Below, piece after piece: positions 63,097-64,000 of a stretch of 64,000 bases of DNA. Source of the stretch: Hormiphora californensis (taxonomy: Eukaryota; Animalia; Ctenophora). The DNA lies in the NCBI GenBank assembly GCA_020137815.1, contig CM035355.1, forward strand, positions 6,076,001-6,140,000, in the 5' to 3' direction. The position numbers and the translations under genes were made by a program. Numbering within the stretch: position 1 is the stretch's first letter; every line of letters begins with the position of its first letter. The notes below the pieces were generated by a model. The model was not told the DNA's origin. It saw nothing but the letters and a program-made list of their open reading frames with translations, and made no database searches.

Positions 63097-64000
63097 GCCA
63101 GTCATCCAAAACTCCTTCCATCTACTACTTTCAGCTTCTTTTTAACGAACTTTTTTTTTAAAAAACTGTCGGCGCGCCTTGTTGCCCTGCCATTTGCTTG
63201 TAATGTGAAGACTCTTTTTCCACTTTGCGTGTACACATTTAGTTCTTTCACTTTATTAAATCAATCACAAAAACCAAACGATTTTAATTTGTCCATTTAT
63301 GGGCGGCACCACTCATCTCCCCCAACCTAACCCTGCCCCGCATGTTGACAATGCGCTCCAGAGGGGGTCGCGTTCGGCGCAGACATCATGTCTGGCGCGC
63401 GGACCCCATCTGAGCGCACTGTTGAGAATCAAATCGGGGTCTGGCGCCGCCAGACAGTCCAGGTTATCTTGTCCCGTACCTCACGGAGTTTGTAATTTGT
63501 ATGGTGAATGTACTCTCCCGTAACGACATCGTCGGCAATATAATAGTCAGTTGCTGACATGGTGACTGAGATTGAAACACATTGTGATTTGTGACACTGG
63601 CAGGATTGGTACTGAAGTCTAGATTGGCTGTGTAGCTGCCCCGCTCCCAGGCTTGGTTACGGAGTTACCCCTTGCCAGGCCGGACAGAGGGGTGAAAATG
63701 GAAAGTGCCCTTAAGAGTCTAGAGGGCTCCTGTCTCCCAGTAAATGGCTAAACCGGAGTTAAAGATGCCCATCTTCCACGTATGTTTAGCAGAAACTGAC
63801 TGTCGATTCTGCAAACGAGTTTGGTTTGGATTGCTGCACTGAATCCAAATTCGTTGGAAGAACCAGTGTCCCACATGTGGAATTTCCCACGGTCCTTGCT
63901 ATGGCGCGCGAAGTTGAGGGTTCTTTTAATTTAGTAGACGTTCCGCGCGTAACATCACCGTTTGTCTGGGACTGACATGATTCTGGGATTCTGAGACACA

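Overview
Eukaryotic (animal) genomic DNA from a compact, intron-containing, microsatellite-rich genome. A non-bilaterian such as a ctenophore is my guess, not something the sequence proves. Splicing by hand gave about 13 gene models. Minus strand: a partial class A GPCR, a sororin-like protein, DcpS, CIR1, a lectin-domain membrane protein nested inside a TRAPPC1 intron, and an SVOP-like MFS transporter. Plus strand: ferrochelatase, TRAPPC1, PIG-H, an uncharacterised protein, CHP, TM2D3 and a partial Q/P-rich gene. There is also an orphan LINE-ORF1-like ORF inside a 7.8-kb inverted-repeat-bounded element, and many non-autonomous DNA transposons (TA, TAA, 4-bp and 9-bp target duplications). Three patterns stand out. 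(1) At least seven exon-intron junctions are tandemly amplified into arrays of decoy splice sites, up to 14 copies. (2) Nearly every start codon lies within about 20 nt of an apparently unpaired 3' splice acceptor, and genes form tight co-directional clusters, suggesting SL trans-splicing and operons. (3) One TIR element carries ten perfect TTATCCACA (DnaA-box-identical) motifs. Regions ~15.5-19.4 kb and ~31-32.8 kb look like low-quality sequence, and there is a 100-N gap at 62997-63096.
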